64,000 nucleotides of DNA from Akkermansia muciniphila (GTDB taxonomy: Bacteria > Verrucomicrobiota > Verrucomicrobiia > Verrucomicrobiales > Akkermansiaceae), in NCBI GenBank assembly GCA_945890645.1, contig CAMDCV010000016.1:19028-83027 (forward strand), in the 5' to 3' direction. Below are positions 1-8,338 of the stretch, one piece after another. The translations under genes and the position numbers were made by a program. Position 1 is the stretch's first letter. Every line of letters starts with the position of its first letter. The notes below the pieces were generated by a model. The model was not told the DNA's origin. It saw nothing but the letters and a program-made list of their open reading frames with translations, and did not search any database.

Positions 1-515
1 ATCACAGTGGCATGATTCTGCGCTACTCGATCCTCAATGGTGCACTGGAATTGCTTCCCGAAACTCTTGCCACCATGGCCATTCTGCCAATGCAAATGAA
101 AATGGTATGGCGCATCGGCAAAGCCCATGGCTACGAACTGGACCGATCCAGCATTAAGGAATTTCTCGTCGCGGCAGGTATTGGCGTTGGCTCGCAAGTC
201 GTTGAAGGCTTTGCCCGCAAACTCATCGGCGGCTTCGGCAAGAAGCTTGGTGGAAAACTGGCTGGTCGAATCGCCAATGAAGCAACAGGTTCCGCGTTCT
301 CCTTCGCCTCTACTTATGCCATCGGTCATCTCGCCGAGAAATATTATGCAGGCGGTCGTAAGCTGGGCGGTTCGGAAATGAGAACCCTTTACGCTCCGCT
401 AGCCGAGCAAGCAAAACAACTGCATACCCAATATCTTCCCGACATTCAGCAACGCGCCCAAACACTCGATGTCAGCAGCATTCTGAATCTCGTGCGCGGC
501 AAGGTGGCAGTGTGA
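1..515 (+). CDS. hypothetical protein, C-terminal part only (ORF open to window start); possibly DUF697/YcjF-like
   Basis: The frame is open from nt 3 to the stop at 513-515 with no upstream stop, so the true start lies outside the window. The family guess rests only on the pattern LLPETLATMAILPMQMKMVWRIGKAHGYELD and a Gly/Lys/Ala-rich tail, which is weak evidence. Confidence 0.5.
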   Translation, partial: HSGMILRYSILNGALELLPETLATMAILPMQMKMVWRIGKAHGYELDRSSIKEFLVAAGIGVGSQVVEGFARKLIGGFGKKLGGKLAGRIANEATGSAFSFASTYAIGHLAEKYYAGGRKLGGSEMRTLYAPLAEQAKQLHTQYLPDIQQRAQTLDVSSILNLVRGKVAV

Positions 516-521
516 GGAGGG

Positions 522-1196
522 CTACTGGCTTTGTCCTTTTGCCATAATGGACCGGCCCATATCCTTGATATCAGAATACATATTGTTTTTGTAAACGTAA
601 TCGTTTAGAGGCTCACGGTACTTCGACATGCGGCTGCGCACTTCGTCTTCGGAACCCATCGTAGCGATGAGTTTCTCGCGCATCTCACGAGGTTTGATTT
701 TCTGCTCTTCTGGGACCTTAGGATCTTCAAGGATATCTTCGATCATCATCATTGCGCCGAAATACCAAATAATACGATAGTCGAGTGCGGGATCCAAGCG
801 TCCATCCTTTTGCAGAAAAAGCATTTGGGCTGACACATAACTGTGAGCAGTGACGAGGACTCGGATATTGCCCACTGGCCAATCGCCGTCTAGTTTCTCC
901 GCCACACCGTTGTAAGGGAGGGGCTTGCCGAGGTTCGCTGTGAGCAATGGAGATCCGAAGTCTGTATAGGCGAACTCTTGCAGGTTCTCTGGTTTGCGCA
1001 ATATCTCTACAATCGATTCGGATTCTTTGGCTTTTTCAACAGCTATAGCCGGGGCCTCATTTGCAGGTGTTTCTGAGGCTGATGTATCTTCCGTGGGTGA
1101 TGCTTCTTCTGGGGGTGCCTCCTTGTCTTTGCATGAAAAAGTCAACAGTGCGATGGTAGCGAGACCAATAGTGCTAATGATGCGTAAATATTGCAT
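522..1196 (-). CDS. putative lipoprotein, unknown function
   Basis: N-terminal signal peptide with lipobox-like LLTFSC, then an acidic Pro/Glu/Ala-rich linker. No recognisable catalytic motif. Confidence 0.6.
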   Translation of the reverse strand: MQYLRIISTIGLATIALLTFSCKDKEAPPEEASPTEDTSASETPANEAPAIAVEKAKESESIVEILRKPENLQEFAYTDFGSPLLTANLGKPLPYNGVAEKLDGDWPVGNIRVLVTAHSYVSAQMLFLQKDGRLDPALDYRIIWYFGAMMMIEDILEDPKVPEEQKIKPREMREKLIATMGSEDEVRSRMSKYREPLNDYVYKNNMYSDIKDMGRSIMAKGQSQ

Positions 1197-1355
1197 AGAT
1201 GAGTGATGAAAAGTGTTAGATATATGAGCTGAGAGCTAATTAGAGAAAGTGTGAACAGTTCCAATGGGTGTGTCGTAATTTTCTTATAAGTTAGCTAAGT
1301 AAGCACAAGTAAAAACTCTTTGATCGCAGTCATTTTGCGGCTCATGATCAACCCC

Positions 1356-3365
1356 TCACCCCTCCGTCTCACGAGGCTTCCAAGTTTTTTTGAAGACTGG
1401 TTTTTTAACCACGCTTTGTCCGAGGCTGGCGCGGTCATCGGCGATGGTGCGGCGTCCGAGTGTTCCGAGGAGTTGATTGATTTCTGCCGCTTCTAGGAGC
1501 AAGGGCATCAACGCGGCGCTAGTGAGGCCGGGTTGATTGAGAGCGGTTTGATTGATGGCGTAGCGTTTGTTGAGAACTTTTTCGGAAAGTTTGGCAAGTG
1601 CTTCTTCGGCGGCTTGCAAGGGTTGGGAAATTTCCTGATGAAAGGTCGGGTCAGCTTGCAGGGCAAGTTGATCGGCTGGGGGTAGTGTGGAAAGGAAGGC
1701 GTTGACGGCAGCGGGGCTAGTGGCATCGAGCTCAGCACCGAGGATGGTCTCTAACAAGGGAACGCCTTCGAGATAGCGGGCGGCGTCATGCAAGCTTTCG
1801 TATTGTTCGCCCAGATACTGACGGGCTTCGGGCGCGTGAAGGGCGAGATTGCAAAGGTAGGCAATGAGGGAATCGATGCTGCTGATTTCTGTGACGACCG
1901 TTTGTTCCTCTTTTGGCGAGCGTTGTTCCCGCGCTTGTTTTTTTCGCGCAGAGGAAGTGGCAACACGGAGATCGGGTGAGCTCATTTGCAGGCGCGTAGC
2001 GCAGTGGTTGAGTAAGGAATCGCGTGATACGGGATCAGTGATGTGAGCGAGCAGGGCGGCAATCTCGCGGGCGGTGTTACCGCGGGCTTGGGCATTGGCG
2101 AGACCGCCTTCGACTTGCGCTCGATCGATTTTGAAATCGAAAAACGGACGTGCTTCACTGAGGAGTTGGCGGAAGGCATCGGGGCCTTCGCGTTTGAGAT
2201 AAGAATCGGGGTCATCGCCTGCGGGCATAGAGACTACTCGGACATGGATGTTTTCGCTGGAGAGTTCACGAAAGGCGCGTTCGCAAGCGGTATAGCCGGC
2301 TTTATCGGCATCGAAGCAGAGGATGGCAGTGTCGGTATAGCGCTTGAGGATTTTTGCGTGTTGTGGTGTGCAGGCGGTGCCGAGCGTGGCGATGGCGTGA
2401 TCGATGCCGTGTTCATGGCAGGCAAGGGCATCGAGCTGTCCTTCGCAGATCAGCACGGCCTTTTGTTTCATGATCGGTTTGCGAGCGCGATCGAAGGCGA
2501 AGAGAGTTTTTGATTTGAGGAAAAGTGCGGTCTCGGGCGAGTTGATGTATTTTCCGGAGTTTGGATCGTTGATGATTTGTCGACCTGAAAAGGCGATGAT
2601 GTCGCCTTGGTCGTTCGCCACAGGAAACATCAGTCGATCGCGGAAGCGGATGTAGAGACCACCTTGCTCGCGTTGCACGGCGATGCCGGAATCGACGAGT
2701 TCACGGCCGGTGAATTTTTTTTCGCGCGCCCAATCGAGAAAGATTTTGCCATCGGACGGCATCCAGCCAACGACCCAACGCACCGCCATTTCCTTGCCAT
2801 AGCCGCGCGACTTCAGGTAGTCGCGGGCGTGCTTGGCGCGGGGATCGGTGAGCAGAAGCTCGTGCATGAAACGCGCGGCCTCGCGATGCAAGTCGAGCAA
2901 GCGACCGCGCTTGCGTTTGTTGCGCTCGCCATCGGCATCGAAGGCGTCTTCGACGATGGGAATATTCGCTTTGGCAGCGAGCTTGCGCACGGTATCGACG
3001 AAGGATAGCCCCTCGTGTTTCATCACAAACGAAAAGGCATCGCCGCCCTCGCCACAGCCGAAACACTTGAAGTTTTGGCGTTGGGGATAGATGTGAAAAG
3101 ACGGTGTCTTTTCATTGTGGAATGGGCAATTCGCCTTGAAAGCAGAGCCGGCTCGTTTGACGGGGATATAGGAGGAGATGAGGTCCACGATATCGGTGGC
3201 CTCGAGAACTTTGATGCGAGTTTCTTGAGAAATCTGAGCCAATGGCAATGTGGCGTTGGTGTCGGGAGTGTATAGCACTTCGGAATGCAGAGACCATGCA
3301 AAAATTTTTCTTTTGTGTGCCAGCGGTGGTAGAAAGTTGGTGTCGCTCTGAGAAAAATCATGCAA
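1356..3365 (-). CDS. dnaG: DNA primase DnaG
   Basis: CHC2 zinc finger CPFHNEKTPSFHIYPQRQNFKCFGCGEGGDAFSF. TOPRIM acidic motifs ICEGQLDAL and LCFDADKAGYTA. The first ~45 aa precede the usual IKVLEATDIVDLISSYI segment, so the true start may be internal or non-ATG. Confidence 0.93.
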   Translation of the reverse strand: MHDFSQSDTNFLPPLAHKRKIFAWSLHSEVLYTPDTNATLPLAQISQETRIKVLEATDIVDLISSYIPVKRAGSAFKANCPFHNEKTPSFHIYPQRQNFKCFGCGEGGDAFSFVMKHEGLSFVDTVRKLAAKANIPIVEDAFDADGERNKRKRGRLLDLHREAARFMHELLLTDPRAKHARDYLKSRGYGKEMAVRWVVGWMPSDGKIFLDWAREKKFTGRELVDSGIAVQREQGGLYIRFRDRLMFPVANDQGDIIAFSGRQIINDPNSGKYINSPETALFLKSKTLFAFDRARKPIMKQKAVLICEGQLDALACHEHGIDHAIATLGTACTPQHAKILKRYTDTAILCFDADKAGYTACERAFRELSSENIHVRVVSMPAGDDPDSYLKREGPDAFRQLLSEARPFFDFKIDRAQVEGGLANAQARGNTAREIAALLAHITDPVSRDSLLNHCATRLQMSSPDLRVATSSARKKQAREQRSPKEEQTVVTEISSIDSLIAYLCNLALHAPEARQYLGEQYESLHDAARYLEGVPLLETILGAELDATSPAAVNAFLSTLPPADQLALQADPTFHQEISQPLQAAEEALAKLSEKVLNKRYAINQTALNQPGLTSAALMPLLLEAAEINQLLGTLGRRTIADDRASLGQSVVKKPVFKKTWKPRETEG

Positions 3366-3413
3366 ATTCTTAGATTTGCGCTAACTTTTGCAGCGCTACA
3401 GCGTAACCCACAC

Positions 3414-4613
3414 ATGATTTTCACTCGCGTCATTGCCCCGCTATGCATACTCGCCCTAGGTGGTGGAGCGTGGTACTATTTAGGACGCCCGGTGGAAAAG
3501 CCGAAGCCAATGAGTTTGCCTGAGCAATTGATCAAGACCGAGGTTCTTGAATTGCAGCCACGTGATTACCAAGTGATGATCGAAAGCCAAGGCACGGTTC
3601 GTGCGCATTACGTGACCACGATCACGCCCTTGGTCAGCGGCACGGTGACTGTGTTGCATCCTAGTTTTGAAGATGGTGCTTTTTTTGAAAAGGACGAAGT
3701 GCTTGCGGAGCTCGACCCTGCCGATTTTGAAGCAGCACTCGCTTCGGCGGAAGCACGCTTGGCTCGTGCCGAAGCGGCATTGTCGCAAGAGCAAGCCCGT
3801 GCGAAACAAGCACGTTTGAACTGGAATGATATCGGCTACGACGAAGAACCATCCGAGTTGGTCTTACGTGTGCCCCAACTCAAAGAAGCTGAAGCATCTG
3901 TCAAAGCCGCAACGGCCGATCTTGATCAAGCCAAACGCAATTTGGAGCGCACCAAAATTAAGGCACCCTTCGAGGGGCGCGTGAAAGCTCGACTCATCGG
4001 ACTGGGCCAAGCGGTCGGTGGTAGCACACCATTGGGCGAAGTTTTCGCGTCGGATTACGCGGAAATTCGTTTGCCGATTTCTCCTTCGCAACTTTCTTTT
4101 GTTAGATTGCCTATCGATGAAGCGGATACTCCTGTGCCTGTCACATTAACCGATGCGAGTGGTGCCGCGAATGCAGATTCTTGGCAAGCAAACATCGTGC
4201 GCACGGAGGGCACTTTGGATGATGCCACACGCGAGTTGTTTGTGATTGCGCGCATCGAAGATCCTTTTGGTCGTGATAAAAAGTCGCCATCATTGCGCAT
4301 TGGTCAACCTCTGCGCGGTCAGATCCAAGGTGTGCTAATGGAGGATGTTTACGTGCTTCCCCGCAAAGCACTGCGCGGTGTCAATCGCGTTTACATGATC
4401 GAGGAAAATCCTCCCCTGTTGATGCGTCGTTCCATCCTACCGGTGTGGTCCACCGCGACGGAATTGGTCGTGAATGATGGATTTACACCTGGTGAAAAGT
4501 TGTCCATTTCTTCACTCGCGTACGCCGTTGATGGAGCGAGAGTCGAAGTGATTGCCACACCGGTGGAAGCGGTATCGGAAGAGCAAACCGCAGTGCCTGC
4601 ACCGAAATCGTAA
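3414..4613 (+). CDS. efflux-type periplasmic adaptor (HlyD / membrane-fusion protein family)
   Basis: N-terminal TM helix VIAPLCILALGGGAWYYL. Coiled-coil hairpin AEARLARAEAALSQEQARAKQARL...ATADLDQAKRNLERTKIKAPFEGRV. I chose ATG 3414, which is directly followed by the TM helix, over the track start 3360 that overlaps the dnaG start. Confidence 0.8.
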   Translation: MIFTRVIAPLCILALGGGAWYYLGRPVEKPKPMSLPEQLIKTEVLELQPRDYQVMIESQGTVRAHYVTTITPLVSGTVTVLHPSFEDGAFFEKDEVLAELDPADFEAALASAEARLARAEAALSQEQARAKQARLNWNDIGYDEEPSELVLRVPQLKEAEASVKAATADLDQAKRNLERTKIKAPFEGRVKARLIGLGQAVGGSTPLGEVFASDYAEIRLPISPSQLSFVRLPIDEADTPVPVTLTDASGAANADSWQANIVRTEGTLDDATRELFVIARIEDPFGRDKKSPSLRIGQPLRGQIQGVLMEDVYVLPRKALRGVNRVYMIEENPPLLMRRSILPVWSTATELVVNDGFTPGEKLSISSLAYAVDGARVEVIATPVEAVSEEQTAVPAPKS

Positions 4614-4702
4614 AACCTCAGTTCGAGGACGCGATACACAGAAAAGCGAAATTATCAAGAAAAGTTAAATTTTTTCTTGTCGGTGTATGAATTTTTGTTA
4701 TT

Positions 4703-5566
4703 TTGCCTTTTGTGAAAACCAACGTCTTATCCATCGGCTTCATTCTGTTGTCTACTGTTACTTTTGCAGGTGCCGCCACCCACACTGTCAAATCAGGTGA
4801 CAACTTGTATCGTATCGCTCTTAATCACGGCATCACGCTGAGCCAGTTGCAAAGCGCGAATCCTTGTGTGAACGCGCAATCGTTGCATGTCGGTCAGAAA
4901 TTGGTGATCCCTGAGCGCGGCGCAGCTCCCGCAGCACGCAACACGGCGACCGCTCCGGTGAAAAAAGCTGTTGTCGAATCCGCTCCTGCGCCCGCACCAG
5001 CACGAGCACCTCGTGCAACTGCGAGTGGCACCTATGAAATCAAAGCGGGCGATAACTTGAGCAAGATTGCCAAGCAACAAGGCACCACTGTTGCGGCCTT
5101 ACAAGCGGCGAATCCTCAATTGAATCCGAACAAAATGTCGATTGGGCAAACAATCAATATATCGGGTTCAGGACAAGCCGCTTCCTCTGCCTCCAGCGCA
5201 ATCGCGAAAACGCCGACCCCTACTCCGAAAGCTGAGCCAAGTCCTGCTCCTGCACCAACACCCGCTCCCGTCAAGGAAACGGTGGCTGTTGAAGAGAGCA
5301 AAGCACCTGTAAGTCAGCCAATGCCGGATCCTGTTCCTGTGGTCGAAAACAAAACGACACAGACGGTGCAAAATGAAGAGGCCGATCCCACACCGGCACC
5401 GACATCGTATCGTTTGATCAAAACAACACGCGAACTGACCTTGGCCGAAGTGGCGAAGGAGCACCGCACGACTGCGGATAAAATCAACGCGTTGAATGGC
5501 TGGAGTTTCAGTCCGCAGACCCTTCTCGCCGTGGACTCCGAACTCTACGTTCCCGCCCAGCCATAA
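4703..5566 (+). CDS. secreted LysM-repeat protein (3 LysM domains, Pro/Ala/Thr-rich linkers)
   Basis: Signal peptide LSIGFILLSTVTFAGA. LysM motifs are HTVKSGDNLYRIALNHGITLSQLQSANP...GQKLVIP, YEIKAGDNLSKIAKQQGTTVAALQAANPQL...GQTINI and a third degenerate copy near the C-terminus. The start codon is TTG at 4703, with GTG 4712 as an alternative. Confidence 0.85.
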   Translation: MPFVKTNVLSIGFILLSTVTFAGAATHTVKSGDNLYRIALNHGITLSQLQSANPCVNAQSLHVGQKLVIPERGAAPAARNTATAPVKKAVVESAPAPAPARAPRATASGTYEIKAGDNLSKIAKQQGTTVAALQAANPQLNPNKMSIGQTINISGSGQAASSASSAIAKTPTPTPKAEPSPAPAPTPAPVKETVAVEESKAPVSQPMPDPVPVVENKTTQTVQNEEADPTPAPTSYRLIKTTRELTLAEVAKEHRTTADKINALNGWSFSPQTLLAVDSELYVPAQP

Positions 5567-5597
5567 GTAGAGTCTTTCGATGCACACGGCATCCTTG

Positions 5598-5635
5598 CCC
5601 GCCTGGAGACATCCCCTCCAGGCGGGACTTTTTTT
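5598..5635 (+). terminator. Rho-independent terminator downstream of the LysM gene
   Basis: An 11-bp stem (CCCGCCTGGAG at 5598-5608 pairs with CTCCAGGCGGG at 5616-5626) has a 7-nt loop. It is followed by ACTTTTTTT (T-run 5629-5635), 30 nt after the stop codon. Confidence 0.7.
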
Positions 5636-5638
5636 GCA

Positions 5639-6682
5639 TTAATCTTTCGTTAGATTGCGGCAAGTGATGCGCCCCGCACGACGACGCATAGCGCGATTGC
5701 CGGGTAGATTGACGTTATGTGTCGAGTGATCTGTGAGAAGCATGCGACAGCGTTCTAACAAATCTCGCGATACTTCGGTGATCTCATGTTGTTGCAAATA
5801 ATCGCGCAGGATCAAGGTTTGTAAGGGCGGTGGAAGGGCTTGCATAACGGGCACGTGCAGACGGCCTTGTGGATCGACGGCGTTGACTTGGGCGAGCGCC
5901 CATTTTTCTAACGATTCCTGATCCTGTTGCGCATCGATTTGCCGCAGCAGTAGTGGCGTGACGTCGCGCTGGGCAATCTCACACAGCAGTGGCAACGCTT
6001 CGTTGCGGATTCGATTGCGCGTGGCAAAGGGCTGCGCATTAGTGGCATCCTCGTGCCATGACAGACCGCGCTCTTGCAAGTAGGTTCGCAATTCTTCGCG
6101 ACGCGTTTGTAACAGCGGGCGAAGCACTTTCAGGCTACGGCCATCAATCTGCATGGTTTGTTCGGCACGCATTCCTTTTGCTCCATGCGAACCACGGAGC
6201 AAGTTCCACAGTATGGTTTCCGCTTGATCATCTGCGTGGTGTGCGAGAAGCAATCGTGGGCAGCGTTGATCACGAGCCACTTTTGCAAAAAATTCGTGTC
6301 GCAGGTTTCGCGCAGTGGTTTCAATGGACTCGCCGCGTTGTTGTGCGTGTTTTTTCACCGCCAGACGTGTGCAATAAAAGTTGATGCCGAACTGTTGGCA
6401 AAGTTTTTCCACGAAACGAGCATCCGCGCGCGAAGCGGCACCGCGCAGTTGGTGATCGACATGACAAACCACCAAATGACGGAATCCCGCCTCAAGCAAC
6501 AAGTGCAACAGTGCCACGGAATCGGCACCACCTGATACGCCGATGAGATACTTTGCTCGCGGCGAAAGATGCGCGGTAAGATCGTGAGTGGTCGGAACGG
6601 GCACGTAGCGAGTGTAGTGTTGTGAGTGAAATTGGCAATGCGCGACTTGTCGCTGTGAGGTTCGCTGTTGCAATTTTTTCAC
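5639..6682 (-). CDS. tilS: tRNA(Ile)-lysidine synthetase TilS
   Basis: PP-loop motif LIGVSGGADSVALLHLL, followed by VCHVDHQLRG and LLAHHADDQAET, typical of TilS N-type ATP pyrophosphatases. Confidence 0.9.
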   Translation of the reverse strand: MKKLQQRTSQRQVAHCQFHSQHYTRYVPVPTTHDLTAHLSPRAKYLIGVSGGADSVALLHLLLEAGFRHLVVCHVDHQLRGAASRADARFVEKLCQQFGINFYCTRLAVKKHAQQRGESIETTARNLRHEFFAKVARDQRCPRLLLAHHADDQAETILWNLLRGSHGAKGMRAEQTMQIDGRSLKVLRPLLQTRREELRTYLQERGLSWHEDATNAQPFATRNRIRNEALPLLCEIAQRDVTPLLLRQIDAQQDQESLEKWALAQVNAVDPQGRLHVPVMQALPPPLQTLILRDYLQQHEITEVSRDLLERCRMLLTDHSTHNVNLPGNRAMRRRAGRITCRNLTKD

Positions 6683-6702
6683 GAGTCACAGAAGGTTTGA
6701 GC

Positions 6703-7113
6703 ATGTCTGAAACGTTTCAACTTCACGAACGATTGGCGCGTGGTTCTGTCGATCTCGGTTTGCATGGGATTTGTCGCGTTCTTCTCAAAGACCAAGCGCA
6801 TTTTCCGTGGATATTGTTGGTGCCGGAAGTTTCTGCGAAAGTGACCGAATTGCATCAACTTAAAGCGGAAGAATATAAGGCTGTTTGTGAATCGATCCGC
6901 GTATTTTCACGAGGAATGGCAGAGTGGCCAGATGTGGAAAAAGTCAACGTTGCCGCGATTGGAAATCAAGTGAGTCAACTGCACATTCACATCGTCGGGC
7001 GGCACAGCGGGGACATTGCCTGGCCCGGAGTGGTGTGGGCCTGTGCGGAGAAAAAAGCCTACTCTGCGGAGGAATTGGCGGCATCCGTGGCTCGGATCAA
7101 GACATGGCTATAA
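6703..7113 (+). CDS. HIT-family (histidine triad) protein
   Basis: Histidine triad QLHIHIVGR. ATG 6703 is preceded by GAAGG at 6691-6695. The longer track ORF from 6622 would overlap the tilS 5' end. Confidence 0.85.
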   Translation: MSETFQLHERLARGSVDLGLHGICRVLLKDQAHFPWILLVPEVSAKVTELHQLKAEEYKAVCESIRVFSRGMAEWPDVEKVNVAAIGNQVSQLHIHIVGRHSGDIAWPGVVWACAEKKAYSAEELAASVARIKTWL

Positions 7114-7261
7114 GCAGGTTCTACAAGACAAGGAGAGCAGTTTGGAAAGAATTTCAGAATCGGGGGTAGAGGTAACGCCTGTATCTCATACAATCCCAGA
7201 TTGTGCGTGCATTTTGCGGTATTTGTGCTAGTTCAGAGTTCGCCACAATGGCCATGCGCGC

Positions 7262-8338
7262 ATGAAAGCAGACGAGAAAAGTTTTTTATTGGAACTCTTG
7301 CATACCCCGAGCCCAACGGGATTCGAGATGCCGGGGCAGCGGGTATGGGCCAAGTATAACCGTTTATTTGCCGATGACGTGACGTGTGACAGCTACGGCT
7401 CCACATGGTCCACGCTCAAGGGCACTAGCGAACGCACCGTCATGCTGGAAGCCCATGCCGATGAAATTGGCTACATGATCAAGCACATCGACGATAAAGG
7501 CTTTTTGCGCATTGACCGCGTGGGCGGCAGTGACGCAGCCACGGGTCGTGGACGTCGCTTGCGGATTCTCGGAGACAAAGGCGAAGTCACCGGCATCATT
7601 GGCAACACTGCGATCCATTTGCGTCGTGATGAACTTGGCAGCGAAAAAGCTCCCGCCGTGCATGATTTATGGGTCGATGTCGGGGCCGCGAATGCCAAGG
7701 AAGTGGCCGCCATGGGCTTGCGCGTCGGTCACGTTGCGGTCTATTACGATGGCCCGTTTGAGCTCGCGCACAAGCGTCTTGTGGGTCGTGCTCTCGATAA
7801 TCGCATCGGTGGTTACATCATCGCACAAGTGATGAAAAAAATTGCCGCGCAGAAAAAACGTCCTGACTTCACACTGATTTGCTTGAATGCAGTGCAGGAG
7901 GAAATTGGCGGTAATGGCGCGATGATGGCGACACACCGACTGATGCCGGATGTTTGCGCCTGCCTCGATGTGACCCATGCGACCGATACGCCTGGCATTG
8001 ACTCTAACAAATTTGGTTCTGTGACTCTCGGTGGAGGTCCCACGGTCAGTCATGGCACGGCAAACCATCCGCTGGTGGTTGAGCGATTGATGAAAGTGGC
8101 GAAGTCTGAAAAAATCACGATCCAGCACGAAGCCAGTTCACGGTTCACGGGCACGGATACCGACACAATTTTCCATACGCGCGAAGGCGTGCCGAGTGCT
8201 CTCGTATCCTTGCCACTGCGCTGCATGCACTCCGTCGTTGAGACAGCGCACTTGGATGACATCGAAGCCAACATTGAGTTGCTCGCTGGATTTGTGCTCT
8301 CGTTAAAAACAAAAGATAGCTTCCACCAAACTCTCTAA
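7262..8338 (+). CDS. M42-family metallo-aminopeptidase (FrvX/CelM-like)
   Basis: LLELLHTPSPTGFE, EAHADEIGYMI, GFLRIDRVGG, ALDNRIGG and QEEIGGNGA match the M42 glutamyl-aminopeptidase pattern. Confidence 0.88.
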   Translation: MKADEKSFLLELLHTPSPTGFEMPGQRVWAKYNRLFADDVTCDSYGSTWSTLKGTSERTVMLEAHADEIGYMIKHIDDKGFLRIDRVGGSDAATGRGRRLRILGDKGEVTGIIGNTAIHLRRDELGSEKAPAVHDLWVDVGAANAKEVAAMGLRVGHVAVYYDGPFELAHKRLVGRALDNRIGGYIIAQVMKKIAAQKKRPDFTLICLNAVQEEIGGNGAMMATHRLMPDVCACLDVTHATDTPGIDSNKFGSVTLGGGPTVSHGTANHPLVVERLMKVAKSEKITIQHEASSRFTGTDTDTIFHTREGVPSALVSLPLRCMHSVVETAHLDDIEANIELLAGFVLSLKTKDSFHQTL

